Shown here in pieces: positions 1 to 10,820 of a stretch of DNA of 32,207 nt. The DNA is taken from the NCBI RefSeq assembly GCF_004010195.1, contig NC_057752.1:10395737-10427943 (forward strand), in the 5' to 3' direction. Position numbers and translations under genes: made by a program. The notes under the pieces were generated by a model. That model saw only the letters and a list, made by a program, of their open reading frames with translations, searched no databases and had not been told where the DNA came from. The stretch comes from Chiloscyllium plagiosum (lineage: Eukaryota). Numbering within the stretch: position 1 is the first letter of the stretch; each line of letters begins with the position of its first letter.

Positions 1-390
1 GAAGAGCTTCTGTGCAGAGGAGATGACCTGGGGGGTGCAGTGAGAGAGGGACTCACTGAAACCTTTGTAGAGGGAGAAAGAGAGCTGCTTCAAGGAAGGC
101 ATCCTTGTAAGAGGATTCGCAGTAGGTTGAAATCTGAGGAGAAAGTGAGGTCTGCAGATGCTGGAGATCAGAGATGGAAATGTGTTGCTGGAAAAGCGCA
201 GCAGGTCAGGCAGCATCTAGGGAACAGGAGAATCGACGTTTCGGGCATTAGCCCGAATGCCCGAAGCCCTGAAGAAGGGCTAATGCCCGAAACGTTGATT
301 CTCCTGTTCCCTAGATGCTGCCTGACCTGCTGCGCTTTTCCAGCAACACATTTCCATCTCTGATCTCCAGCATCTGCAGACCTCACTTTC
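1..390 (-). mobile_element. 5' end of a Penelope-like retroelement with an inverted terminal (pLTR-like) duplication; the element continues off the left edge
   Basis: Minus-strand ATG at 100-102 opens MPSLKQLSFSLYKGFSESLSHCTPQVISSAQKLF, which runs off the window. It is preceded by a 114-bp inverted repeat pair (141-254 / 277-390) containing GATGCTGCCTGACCTGCTG and a CTGAAGA...GAAAC hammerhead-like core. An inverted pLTR with hammerhead motifs is characteristic of Penelope-like elements; family recognised from memory. Confidence 0.65.
141..390. repeat. 250-bp near-perfect palindrome (114-bp arms, 22-nt spacer)
   Basis: 141-254 is the reverse complement of 277-390 except one G/T pair (235/296). 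This explains the mirror-image ORFs 40..363(+) and 168..521(-). Confidence 0.97.
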
Positions 391-689
391 CCTTTAAAGG
401 GAAGCTTACTGGGACTGTTTGAATTCAGAACAGCATATGTAAGTCTAGCTGGAAAGACTGAGTTCTGTAGGGATTCTTTATTCTGGTCTTTGTGTTTCAT
501 TGTGTAATTTTGTGTATACATTTTTGTTTTTAAAATCTATTAGTCAACCTAGCTAGCTTCTGGGTAACTTTCACTGTACACTTACCGAAACAAATTGCAA
601 AGTTATGGTCTGGGGCTGCCTGCTTAATGTTTTGAGTGGTCTGGTCTAGGCCATAAACAAATGATTTTGCCTTCGAATGTGAAAGTTGA

Positions 690-1480
690 TCAGTAAATTT
701 GCAGACCAGACAAAAAAAACAAAGTGGAAGTGGTAAATAATGAGGGAGATGGCCTTTTGATTACAGGAGGATACAGATGGGCTGATCAGTGAGAAACTGA
801 GTTCAATCTGGATAAGTGAGGTGCTGCACTTCAGAACAAACAAGTCAAGGGGATAGATGATTGGGAGAACCCTGGAAAACAAAGGTTTCGGAAAACCTTT
901 TGGTGTGCATGTGCACCAGTCCCTTTTAGGGATCAGGGTAAATGGTTAAGAAAGCATTTGGTATACCTGCTGAGGCACACAGTTTACGAGCAGGGAGATG
1001 ATGTTGGAACAGCATAAAATGCTGGTTGGGCCACAGGATCCATACAGGGAGGATGTGGTAGCACTGGAAGTTGCGGAGGAGATGCACCAGGATGTTGCCT
1101 GGGCTGGAGAGTTCATGGAGGAATTGGACCGTGGCTTTCCTTGAAGCGGAAGAGATTGATTGATTGGGCCATGATTTGAGGAGCATAGGGTAGACCAACC
1201 TTTCCCTTTGATAGAAGGGCCAGTGACTAGGGGCATCCTCTTTTACAGTAAGGGGAAGAAGGTTTAGAGGAGTTGAGGAGAACCTTCACCCAGACACTGG
1301 TAGGCATCTGAAAGTTGCTGCCTGTATGAGGATGTTGGAGGCAGAAACCCTCAGCATTGCAATTGCACATCTAAGCACTTAAATGCTTAGGCATACAAGG
1401 CTATGGGCCAAGTACTGGAAAATGGGATTAGAATAGGTGTTTGTATCTGCTCTGGCCAAAAATGGGCCTATTTATCATCT
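690..1480 (+). mobile_element. Degraded CR1-type LINE, 3' part of ORF2 and tail
   Basis: Typical CR1 3' phrases: gagttcaatctggataagtgaggtgctgcactt, ggtgtgcatgtgcaccagtccct, accaggatgttgcctgggctggag, actagggggcat, ggctatgggccaagtactggaaaatgggattag. Many indels, no intact frame; boundaries approximate. Confidence 0.75.
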
Positions 1481-1647
1481 GGACTGTCGATCTGACTTTG
1501 ATTTGACCTCCATACCACTGATCTCCCCCATCTATAATTGTGCAGTCACTCCTTGGGCAAAGTGATAACTCCATTCTTCAGGTGTGACTAACCTAATTTT
1601 TGGCTACTTTTTTCCCTTGCGGTATTTAATTGTTTAATCTTTCTCAG

Positions 1648-1765
1648 AACCACAGTGAAAAGCTCCTATTTGGGACATCCATCACAGAACTCTCTGGAAG
1701 CCTACCGCTATCTGGATTGTGGGTCCAATTCAACAGTATATAGAAGACCTCCTTTGAATCACTGA
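1648..1765 (+). CDS. tmem106c: Last coding exon of a TMEM106-family lysosomal membrane protein, probably TMEM106C (partial; upstream exons outside the window)
   Basis: Pyrimidine tract and acceptor tttctcag|A at 1647/1648, then TTVKSSYLGHPSQNSLEAYRYLDCGSNSTVYRRPPLNH* (TGA 1763-1765). This matches the TMEM106 C-terminus (S/TY-x-GH..Q.S.E...Y(V/L)DCG.N(S/T)T) with the conserved Cys and N-glycosylation sequon. TMEM106C is the convergent neighbour of COL2A1 in human. Confidence 0.85.
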
Positions 1766-4700
1766 GACCTCTACAGTCTGATTGGAAATGATGGTTCAAA
1801 GCAACTTCTTCAATTGTTTTCATTAATGTGGGACTTCTCTCCTCCCTGTTTAGCTGGAAAGTGACTGCAGCAAGTAGATTTGAGGAGTTTTCTGTTTCTG
1901 CACTCTTTTTATAAGGCATGTGGCCGTGTAGAGCATCCTTAACCTTGTTTTGTTTTTAATCAAAAAGGTTTGAGAGCATTGCTTTCAACCTTCCTGAGTA
2001 GTTGCTTTTTCCATAATGTTTCTCCCCTAGGGGAGAAGCCTTTGTTTCAAAACCTACCTCATGTGTGCCATGCTGTGTGCCCTCCAAGTTTCATACAAAA
2101 GCCTCCCATAGCAATGAACTTTTATACAACACAACCATGCATACAAGTTAAAGTCTACTCAAAGCTGCACTAGACCTAGGATATTTTTTGTCACTACCAT
2201 CCTTTCTGAATTCCACTTCCCAGTTGATGTTAGACTAAACTTGAATTGCTTCTCCCTCCTGGGTTTGTCAAACTCTTGCAACACATTTCCCCGCCCACCC
2301 CATGCTTACCCTTCCTTTTTGACGAGGTTGTAAATGTGCTTATATCTAAAATGTAGCCAAAAGAGACCTTCAAGTTAAAACAATAACAGGTTTTCATTTC
2401 ACCAAGTTAGCCTAGGGACATTCAATAGTTCATACACCAGTCGATGCAAATGCTGGATGTGAATTATTAGCATTAATAGATATCTTTTAAAGCTTTCATG
2501 TATGATTTGAAAATCACTAGGGAGTACACAAATGGAGGATTGCAAGCCAAGTTGAATGAAGGACTAAACAAGATGCATCCCAAATTAACACTGTATAATG
2601 GAGCTTTTTATATTAATCTTTCTTGATGCAACTTCAAAAAATGCATAGTAGTTTTACAATGTTCGCATTCCTACCACAGTAGTAATTTAAAACCTGTACT
2701 GTTGGATTTATACACTTAACTTGCATGGCTAACAATAACTTTTTAAATTTAATGATGGAGCCTGATGCAAGTTTATTTTTACACACCATTCAACCCCTAA
2801 AATGATCTGGTTTAGTGGTTTTTCTCCAGCTATGTCAATGATGCACTTGCTGTTTGTTGACTGTTTGAAATAACTTTTTATTTAAATGCCCACCTTTTTG
2901 TATGCGTGCAAGCAAATGCCAAGACAGCTGAAGCCATGTTCAGATTACCAAAATAAGAGGGAACTGGTCTTAACTAGCTTAATTGGAAACTGGTTGCAAG
3001 CTGTTTTTGTTTTAATATTTTATAAAACTTGGTTTGCCAATTGCAGTGTACCTGTTAAAGGTGACATGCATGAATGTTTTAGCTTTTCCATTGGGGCAAA
3101 CTGAACTGGTACAAAGGAAAGACTGAAGAAATAGGGGGAAAAGTCTGAAAGAATGGGTTTTATTTTGTGTAATTTATTCAAGATGTTTTTGTACTCCCAG
3201 GGTATTGCATAATATAAGGCACAGGATTTGTAAAAGTGAAACAAAAAGCAGACACTGGAAGCTTGCTGTGAATCAATTTTTAACTCTAGTTTAAAAAGTA
3301 GAGATTGAAGTTAGCAGGGTTTACACTTGGCAATGAACTAATGTGGAAAATGCATTTTTTTGGGGGTCAGGGGTGGGACAATATTGACTTTGCTGGTGTA
3401 AAATGTATGAAACACTTCCATCTGTGTGCTATATTGTTAAAATGTAACTAACCAACTGAATGAGTAGATTGTGATATAGAACATCAAATGTAATAACAGA
3501 AGCACTGGAGGGTAGGAACCCCAAAAAGTTCTAAGCTTGAGATACCAGTAAGTGTTACTAATATTGGAGAGGGAAAAGAGAATGACTTTCCTAAATGTAA
3601 CTCTCTTCTCCGCCTTGCCCCTCTTCCCACCCTGGTGGGCACTGTCCAATTTAATATCCCTGGTTCAGGTTCTTTTTTTTCAAACTGATAGGTTGAGGGG
3701 TTTTCATACTATGTCAGCCAGTATTATACATTTTGTGATAGTTTAACGTTTTCACAATATAAAGCTGTGTTGATAGTTTGCTGCGAGTTTCACTTGCTGT
3801 TGGAGGCTGCTGCATCAGTCCTCATCCTTTTGCTAGTCTTCATCCAAAGCAATGAGCTAATGCTCTGAACCTATCTATTCACCCATGGGTGTGAAGCAGA
3901 TAGCAAGTTAAGCCTGAAATGTGTACAAGGTTGTGGTTTATGAGCAATTGGCAGTATTAACAATTACTTTTCTGACTTGTTTTAACAAGACCCCACCCAG
4001 TAAGGTTTTTTTTTGTTGTTTCTTTTGTGCAAGTGACCCTTAGTGTGTCTTGATTCTTAACACTTCACCATTGGACAGATGCTGGAACTTCTCAGGTAGT
4101 GTTTGGACAATCCTGTTTCAGTGGCTGTTTTGATTCTATCTGTAGAAGGGTTGTGTTTTTTAATCCATTGTGTATTGTACTGTATTGTATACTGGAAAGA
4201 AAAAATTTTGGCCTGAACAGGTTGGAATGTCTTGGCACTCTGAGCTGATGTGCATTGTTTAAATGTAATGCTGTCAGTTAGTGAGCACTTTTTTCAAATA
4301 AATGTTCTGGGACTAGTGTATTGGCTTATTTCAGTGATGTGAACAGCTGCTCTGGGCTTTTAAATATTTCTTGCTACTGTACTGTGTTGCATTTAGTAGA
4401 CTGTGAATCTAGTACCATGCCTTGGCTGTAATCTTCTCAAATGGGCTATTAAAGTAACCATCTGGAAATTTTGCGCAAAGATTCATTGCTGTGCTGCTTA
4501 ATGGTTGCATAATTTTCATTGGTGTGCAAGCGCTAATCTTTCACCTCAGTAATATGGTAAGTGGTAATGACTTTCTTTGGGTCATTCTAGTCGAGCCAGG
4601 ACTTTCTTATTGACAAAGGTTTCATTGTTTGTTTTTTGACCCATATGCTGTTGGGGGTGGGTGGGTGGGGTTGAAGAATGCTGTTTTCTTGTGGTATCTC

Positions 4701-6107
4701 CTTTTTAAGAGAAAAGCAAAGTGCCTGCTGCAGTCCTTTTTGAGCAGATGCTGAAGTTGCCAAGACTAGGGCAGAAACATCCTGTTATGAAGAGCAGGGA
4801 GCTGGCAATGAGGACAAGAATTGGCCAAGCTGCATCGCTTCAGTTTGTGTTGCAAGAACCAGACCACACCGTGCAAAATGGTTAAAAGGAGTTGAGGATT
4901 CCATACCACTGGGACTGTTTTGAACTGAGGTGCAGATGTGTGCCGTTGTCCCTCCTTTTTCAAAAGGGATCCAGCTGCTGGTGAATGTGACTTGGGTGGA
5001 AACACTTCAGTTGGCAGTGAAATCCTATGTGGCAGAGGTGCTGTTCCATTTTACTGCAGGAATACTTAAAACTACATGAGGTTTATCTTTAATAAAACGT
5101 TTGGAAAATCTACTGTTGTCTAGTGGTTTTCTTTTGGTGTCATCGAGCTTCTTTCTTCCAATTTCCCACTTTTTAAAAAACATTTTTGTGGGGTTGGGAC
5201 TGATGCATGTGAAATCACATGGGACAGGATTGTGGTTCTTGGGTCAGGCTCCTGGTGTTGCAGGTGAGTTTATTTCCAATGTTTTTAATTCTTGTCCCCA
5301 ATTAGTGACTGGGCCTGCTGTGCCTCCAGTCAGGATGGTTGGGTGTTTCTCCAAGCTGCAGGCCCAGTGAGAAGCCCTTTCTACATGGAGTGTGGGTTGG
5401 GTGGATTTTTTTTTTTTTTGTTCAATTGAAAGCTATTAAGTCTGTGTTTGGTCGCAGAACCCTTCCAGAGGGCAGTCTGCAACCTCCACCCTGAGGGTGT
5501 TTTTGGGGGTGGCAAAGCTACTAAAGGTATCTTACAGCACTGGTGTTGAATGACTGTGTACAGGCAGGCTTGTCTGAAGCAGCTGCCTTGCTCCTAACAC
5601 CATGACTAACCCTCTGGCTTGCTGGGTTGGGGGAGAAAATGGCACTTGTTTCCAGCCCCTTTTTAAAGCCCTGTGCCAATTTACCTCTCCACAAATGCAT
5701 TCTTGTTATGTCACTTCATTCTCCAGTCCCATCCCAAATTCCATTTTGGATCATTGCATGGTCAGTGATTTAATGGTGCCAAGTGTATTTCTAATTGGAC
5801 ATAAAATTTGCTAAACTTGTGCTGAAAGTATTCCAGTGCTGCGCAAAATGCGTTCACTTGCTTTGATGTTTATGGTTCATTCAAACTGCAAATAGTTAAA
5901 GAAGACCACTGTTTAGAGGGAGGGGATGGTAGTTGTGTACAAGACCACTGATGAGCATAAAAATGTAACCATAATTTTCCAGGGCCTTTTGCAGTGCAGT
6001 GTAAGCATACCTCTGAGCCAAAGGCTTGGGTTCAAGTCTAAGGTGTGCCATCTTGTCTAAACAACAGGAAACTGGTGTTTTGTGCTAAACTACAGGCTTA
6101 CAATAAA
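1766..6107 (+). other. Probable long 3' UTR of tmem106c with candidate poly(A) signals
   Basis: Repeat-poor, T-rich sequence after the stop; AATAAA at 4297-4302, 5091-5096 and 6102-6107. The true end cannot be fixed from sequence. Confidence 0.4.
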
Positions 6108-6779
6108 ACCAAAGCACAGACTTCAAGAACTATATTGAAGCTCTGATTAAAATAACAGCCCTTCCTTTCTCCTTCAAACTCAGCCAATCGAAGGCTGAAA
6201 TGTGATTTTTCAGGCTTCCACCGTACGCCGATCTCTTACAATAGATCACTCAAAAGCTGGATGTTTTGCCTTGTTGGTTGACCAGCAATTAATATTGTTT
6301 CCCACTTTTTAAAAAAAAACTTGAATACAAGCCCTGCAGCTAAATAGCATGCCTTTCTTTGATTCATGCTATCATTCAACATTTTGGAACAAAATTAGTT
6401 TCTTGTCCAACCTGCTTCAGTTTGGCAGAGTTGGCTTTGAGGTAACTTCAATTCAAGCTGCTTAATTATATAGAATTTTGGTGCCAAGCTTGTCTAAGAT
6501 GCATTATGCTTGAAATATGTATCATCTAACTCCTCTGATTATTGTGGATGGAAGTCTGAGGCTTGGTGTGCAATCCAGTGAGTTCATGCTGTTGGAATGC
6601 ACCAGGATAAGTAGAAGTAGTGTGGGGTGGAGAAGAAATCTGCTCTAATCTTTTGATCAGATGTATTCTACCAGTATGTAAACATTCAGTCTGATTTTCT
6701 GGGACTTCTGTATCTTGTACTCTTATTCTGTCTTTCAATTATCCTTTCCTTTGGTTGTAATTTATTACTTGGCTAAGAG

Positions 6780-7045
6780 ATAGCCAAGTCTCAAGGTTCT
6801 GGTTTCAAGCCATTCTGGGACATGTTGAGACCAGCTGCCCTGCAGTTGAACAGGAAGTACCATGCTGTCAGGTCCTGTTATTCTACATCCCTCAGGATGA
6901 AGAGATGAGCATTTTTCTCTTCAGTGGGTAAAATTTAACTGCTGTATTTCCTATTGCTTACAATAGCGACTACACTTCAAAAGCTTGAAGTGCTTTTGAG
7001 GCATGTGCTCAGGAAGTGTGTACTTATTGAAACTATTCTTTCTCT
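6780..7045 (+). mobile_element. Old degraded SINE (SacSINE1/Deu-domain-like)
   Basis: aaggttctggtttcaagcc head; gctgtatttcctattgcttacaatagcgactacacttcaaaag and gtgcttttgagg 3' part resemble the shark Deu-SINE tail. Confidence 0.5.
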
Positions 7046-7254
7046 TGTTTGTCTTTTTGACAGTCTGGATGAGACATCTTCTTTCAATTTTATTACAAAG
7101 TCACTTGGAGCATTTCAGCTGTGGCTAGCATGCTAATCGCGTCCCCACATAACTGGACTTTGATCTAGTGTAATTATATTCTAAATGTTCACACCATGTC
7201 AAATCAGTGTTGGGAGCAGCTGGGGCTAGTGTGGAACTCCAGAATGGCATAGGC

Positions 7255-7430
7255 AAATTGGGGTAGGTGGCAGGTGACATTCAGCAGAGAAGTGATGTAA
7301 TGCACTTGGCTGGGAAAACATTGAAAGATGATATAAAATAGGGGGTGCAGGAACAGAGGGATCTGGGTGTATATGTGCATAGATCATTGAAGGTGGCAAG
7401 ACTGGTGCTGAGAGCAGTTAATAAAGTACA
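7255..7430 (+). mobile_element. CR1 LINE fragment
   Basis: ggaacagagggatctgggtgtatatgtgcatagatcattgaaggtggcaag (the EQRDLGVYVHRSLKVA motif of CR1 ORF2). Confidence 0.7.
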
Positions 7431-7914
7431 AATGTCCTTTACAGGGCATGCTCTAGAAAAAGCCTCACTAAATTAGTTGAGCATGATTTCTCTTTCACAA
7501 AACAGGAGACTTGGATAAGTTCAAGGTAATCAGTTATGTCTATAGTGATTAGTTTATACTATTTTCCCTGAAACAACTGTTAAGCTAACTGGTCAGTAGT
7601 TTCTGCCTCCCTTCCCTCTTTTTGAATAGTTATTTTCCTAATGGAAAGGAGCTCTTGCTAAATTGAGTTTCAGAAAATTAAAACTGACGTAGCAACTGTT
7701 TCACTGGTAACTTCCTATGGTGTTAAAAGATGTGTTGCCGATCTGAGAACTATACCAGTATGTAGCAAGCAATACAAAACATCCAGGCATGCTCAAGACA
7801 AGGGACAAGTGCTGTTCAGACCAACCAAGTGTCAGGAAATGACCATCTCCACTTGACCTTCAATAGCCTTAGCATCACTGAGTTCCCACATTATAGCAGT
7901 AGTTAACAACAGAT

Positions 7915-8220
7915 GATCTGATTGGAGGTATTCAAAATCCTGAATGTACTGGATAGAGTAAATAGGGAGAAACTGTAGAGGAACAAGGAGCAGGAAGAAG
8001 TTTAGTGATGCCTAGAAGAAACCAGGGTAATGTGAAGCAAAGCTTTTTCGTATGGTGAGTAATTGTGGTCTGGAATGTACTGCCTAGAAATGTGGAGGCA
8101 TTGCTGCTATCAAAATAACCACCCAATGTGTAAAGGTACAGAGAAACAGCAGGAGCTTTGCACAAGGTAATGATGCCCAGTTAATCGAAGGTAGGCACAA
8201 TGGGTCAAATGGTCTCAGCC
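7915..8220 (+). mobile_element. CR1 LINE 3' fragment
   Basis: gaggtattcaaaatcctg...ggatagagtaaatagggagaaactg...gtctggaatgtactgcct...gggtcaaatggtct; standard CR1 3' end, degraded. Confidence 0.6.
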
Positions 8221-8229
8221 ATATAAATA

Positions 8230-8740
8230 CTCTGGTTACACCTGCAAGGCAGAGGCTGGGAGTCTGTTGGCAAGTAATTCTACAAAGTGCAAGTGAATGG
8301 TTTGATGGAATGCATTCCAGATAAGTTCGGATCCAATAATACTTAAGTTTGCCACGATCCAGGACAAAGCAGCCTCTTCAGTGGAACCTCATTCAATGTC
8401 TTAGAAGCTCCACTAACATCACACTGGCATTTATATGTTGCAGCACATCTTATCACTAGCACAATGTCCAAATCTGCAACTTCCATTTAAAGGGATGTGG
8501 ATTGTAGGTCTGTGGGAACATTGCCATCACCACCACCACCTGCAAGTTCCCCTCCAAGACCATTGACTTGAAAATATATAGCTTTTCCTTCACTGCTATG
8601 GGGTTCCAATCCAGGAACATCCCCCACCACCCCTCCCTGACAGCAGAGAGTCATTAAGTGTGAGAAGGTGGTGGTGAGCTGGCAAAAGTCAATTGCTGCT
8701 GGGTTGACCAGTCTTGCCCACTTCCTATGAGTGAATTAAG
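8230..8740 (+). mobile_element. Degraded LINE 3' fragment (second shark LINE family)
   Basis: ccaggacaaagcagcc, caccaccacctgcaagttcccctccaag, gacttgaaaatatatagc..ttccttcactg. Its tail resembles the fragment at 30295-30440. Confidence 0.55.
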
Positions 8741-9060
8741 ACAAAAACATCTTCAATTAGGAGACTCTTCCAATCTACATTTGGGAATCCAGATTGTAGG
8801 AAAGCCTTGGCAGGATGACCAGTGCAGAAGCAGATTTGGAGACTATCTGTTCTGGTTATAGGAGACTGCTCCTGATCCCAGCTGCTTATGTCCACCACCT
8901 CCTTTTATTTCCACTTTGATCCACTGCAAAGCAGAAGTATTGTCCTGTTCGGTTAGCTCCTGCCATGCATTGTAAATGCCTCATCACCAGGGAGGGTGCC
9001 TTGGAGTGCCAAACATTTTACCTTTTATTGCATACACTGTGCTCAAAGCATTGGGCTCAA

Positions 9061-9371
9061 GGGCAGTGCGGTGGCTCAGTGGCAAGCACTGCTGCCTCAC
9101 AGCACCAGGGTCCCAGGTTTGACTCCAGCCTCAGGCAACTGTGCAAACTCCACAGAGACAGACATTCTCCCCGTGTCTGCATGAGTTTCCTCCAGGTGCT
9201 CCGGTTTCCTCCCACAGTCCAAAGATGTGCAGGTCAAGTGAATTGGCCATGCTAAATTGCCCATCGTGCATTAGTCAGAGGGAAATGGGTCTGGATGGAT
9301 TACTCTTCGGAGGGTCAATGTGGACTTGTTGGGCCGATGGGCCTGTTTCCACACTGTAGGGAATCTAATCT
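9061..9371 (+). mobile_element. HE1-like tRNA-derived SINE (elasmobranch V-SINE)
   Basis: ggtggctcagtggcaagcactgctgcctcacagc (A box), ggtttgactcc (B box), ctccggtttcctcccacagtccaaaga core, and a CR1-like tail gggcctgtttccacactgtagggaatctaatct. Confidence 0.9.
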
Positions 9372-10820
9372 TTCTGTATATCTAATTTAGTAAAAAAAAA
9401 ATTAGGCTGTATCCTGTTCAATGTCTAAAAGCATCACTTTGAGTTATTGTGACTGCAATAGGTTGAATATCTAGATAATGGAGGTGGGCTGAGAGTACAT
9501 GAATATGAATGGGAAACAAAGTTAAAGATACCAGTACCGAGTGGCAAGAAACTGATATTATGTTGTGATCACAAACCAACTTGAGCTGAGGTTTGTGTAT
9601 GACATACCAGGGATGCATAAAGTCGTTTGGCACTTATTACTTACACAGTTCACTTGCAACCTTTCATATTTCCCAAAATTTCTCACTAAGCCCCAGCCTC
9701 AAAGCTTATTAAAATTAGTACTGCTTTCAGTTATGTGTCTAGCATATAATTTTGGAAGCTATTAGTTCCAAAACAGTAATCTTTTATTAAATTAATAATT
9801 ATCATTACATGTCTGTTAGCTGGCACTTTAAGGGAATGATTTTTGCTGTCCACTACTCCCATCATACTCACTTTGTTTTCCCCATAACTAGTCAGCATCA
9901 AGTCCTAGTTTTCAAAAAAATCACTTCCTGTGTTAGGACTGCACTTCAATGCAAAAGGACCACTCTAGCGGAAGCAAGATGGCAAAATGTGGGCCAGATA
10001 CAATGATGTAGGTATGAGACGGGACCTGAAACCTTTTGAGTATTACAACTTTATCAAGGGATTTGTTACCTAACAAAATTGGATACAGTGTAATACTGGT
10101 AATACTGGAGAGTTACATTAACATTATTCCAGTTTCTGCAAAAGACTTTCATTCCTCTGCATAATTCAATTGTGGGGAATAGTGGATTTTAGTAGAATCA
10201 TTTATAAATAGTTTGTAATTTGTTCTGCACTCAATTCAGTCACTCTGCAGATGTCGGACTGAAACTCCACAGGATAGGGTGGAGTGATGGTATTACATTT
10301 CTCCTAGTACAGCTTTCACGAAGAGTAAACTTAGGTGGGTGCAAAACCAATGTTGCACCTGCTTTCAATTGCCTCTTTTTATTGCTATATTAAACTGTAT
10401 GCCTTTAGGAACTTTTTTTCTGTAACCTAGTGGCTAGTCTGTGTCTGGTCTCTGCTGAGTTATCTGATTGCAGCTGGCATAGCATTTGGTCCTACAATTT
10501 GTGTTAGTGGGTTGGAATAGGGAGGGGGCAAAAATCAGTTAGGCTTCCTGCTCTGGCTTAAGTCTGTGGTGCCATTTTGAGCATGCAGTCTACTTGACTA
10601 TATTCCTTATTTGACATAGCGAGAATGACGACTTGGGCTTGATGGGGAGAGGTGGCTGCCACCATTCACTGAGATAAGGAAAGTGGGGAGGGGAAAAAAA
10701 AGTTATTGTCACCCTTAGACTCTGCCCTACTGATGAGCTCTGAATGCAAGCCACTGAATAACCTGTCAGATCAAAAAACAGCTGAAACCATGCTGGGTAC
10801 TTTGTTTTTTTTAGTTAAGT

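Noticed and set aside
40..521. ORFs 40..363(+) and 168..521(-) with near-identical peptides
   Set aside because: Artefact of the palindrome; not genes.
391..660. Possible LTR fragment ending near ccataaaca
   Set aside because: No partner LTR, primer-binding site or target duplication is visible, so it cannot be supported.
9061..9135. tRNA gene
   Set aside because: The A/B boxes belong to a SINE head followed by the V-SINE body and LINE tail; no cloverleaf.
9958..9972. CTCF-like motif (ccgctagagtggtc on -) between the convergent genes
   Set aside because: Partial match only; expected by chance in 32 kb without ChIP or conservation data.
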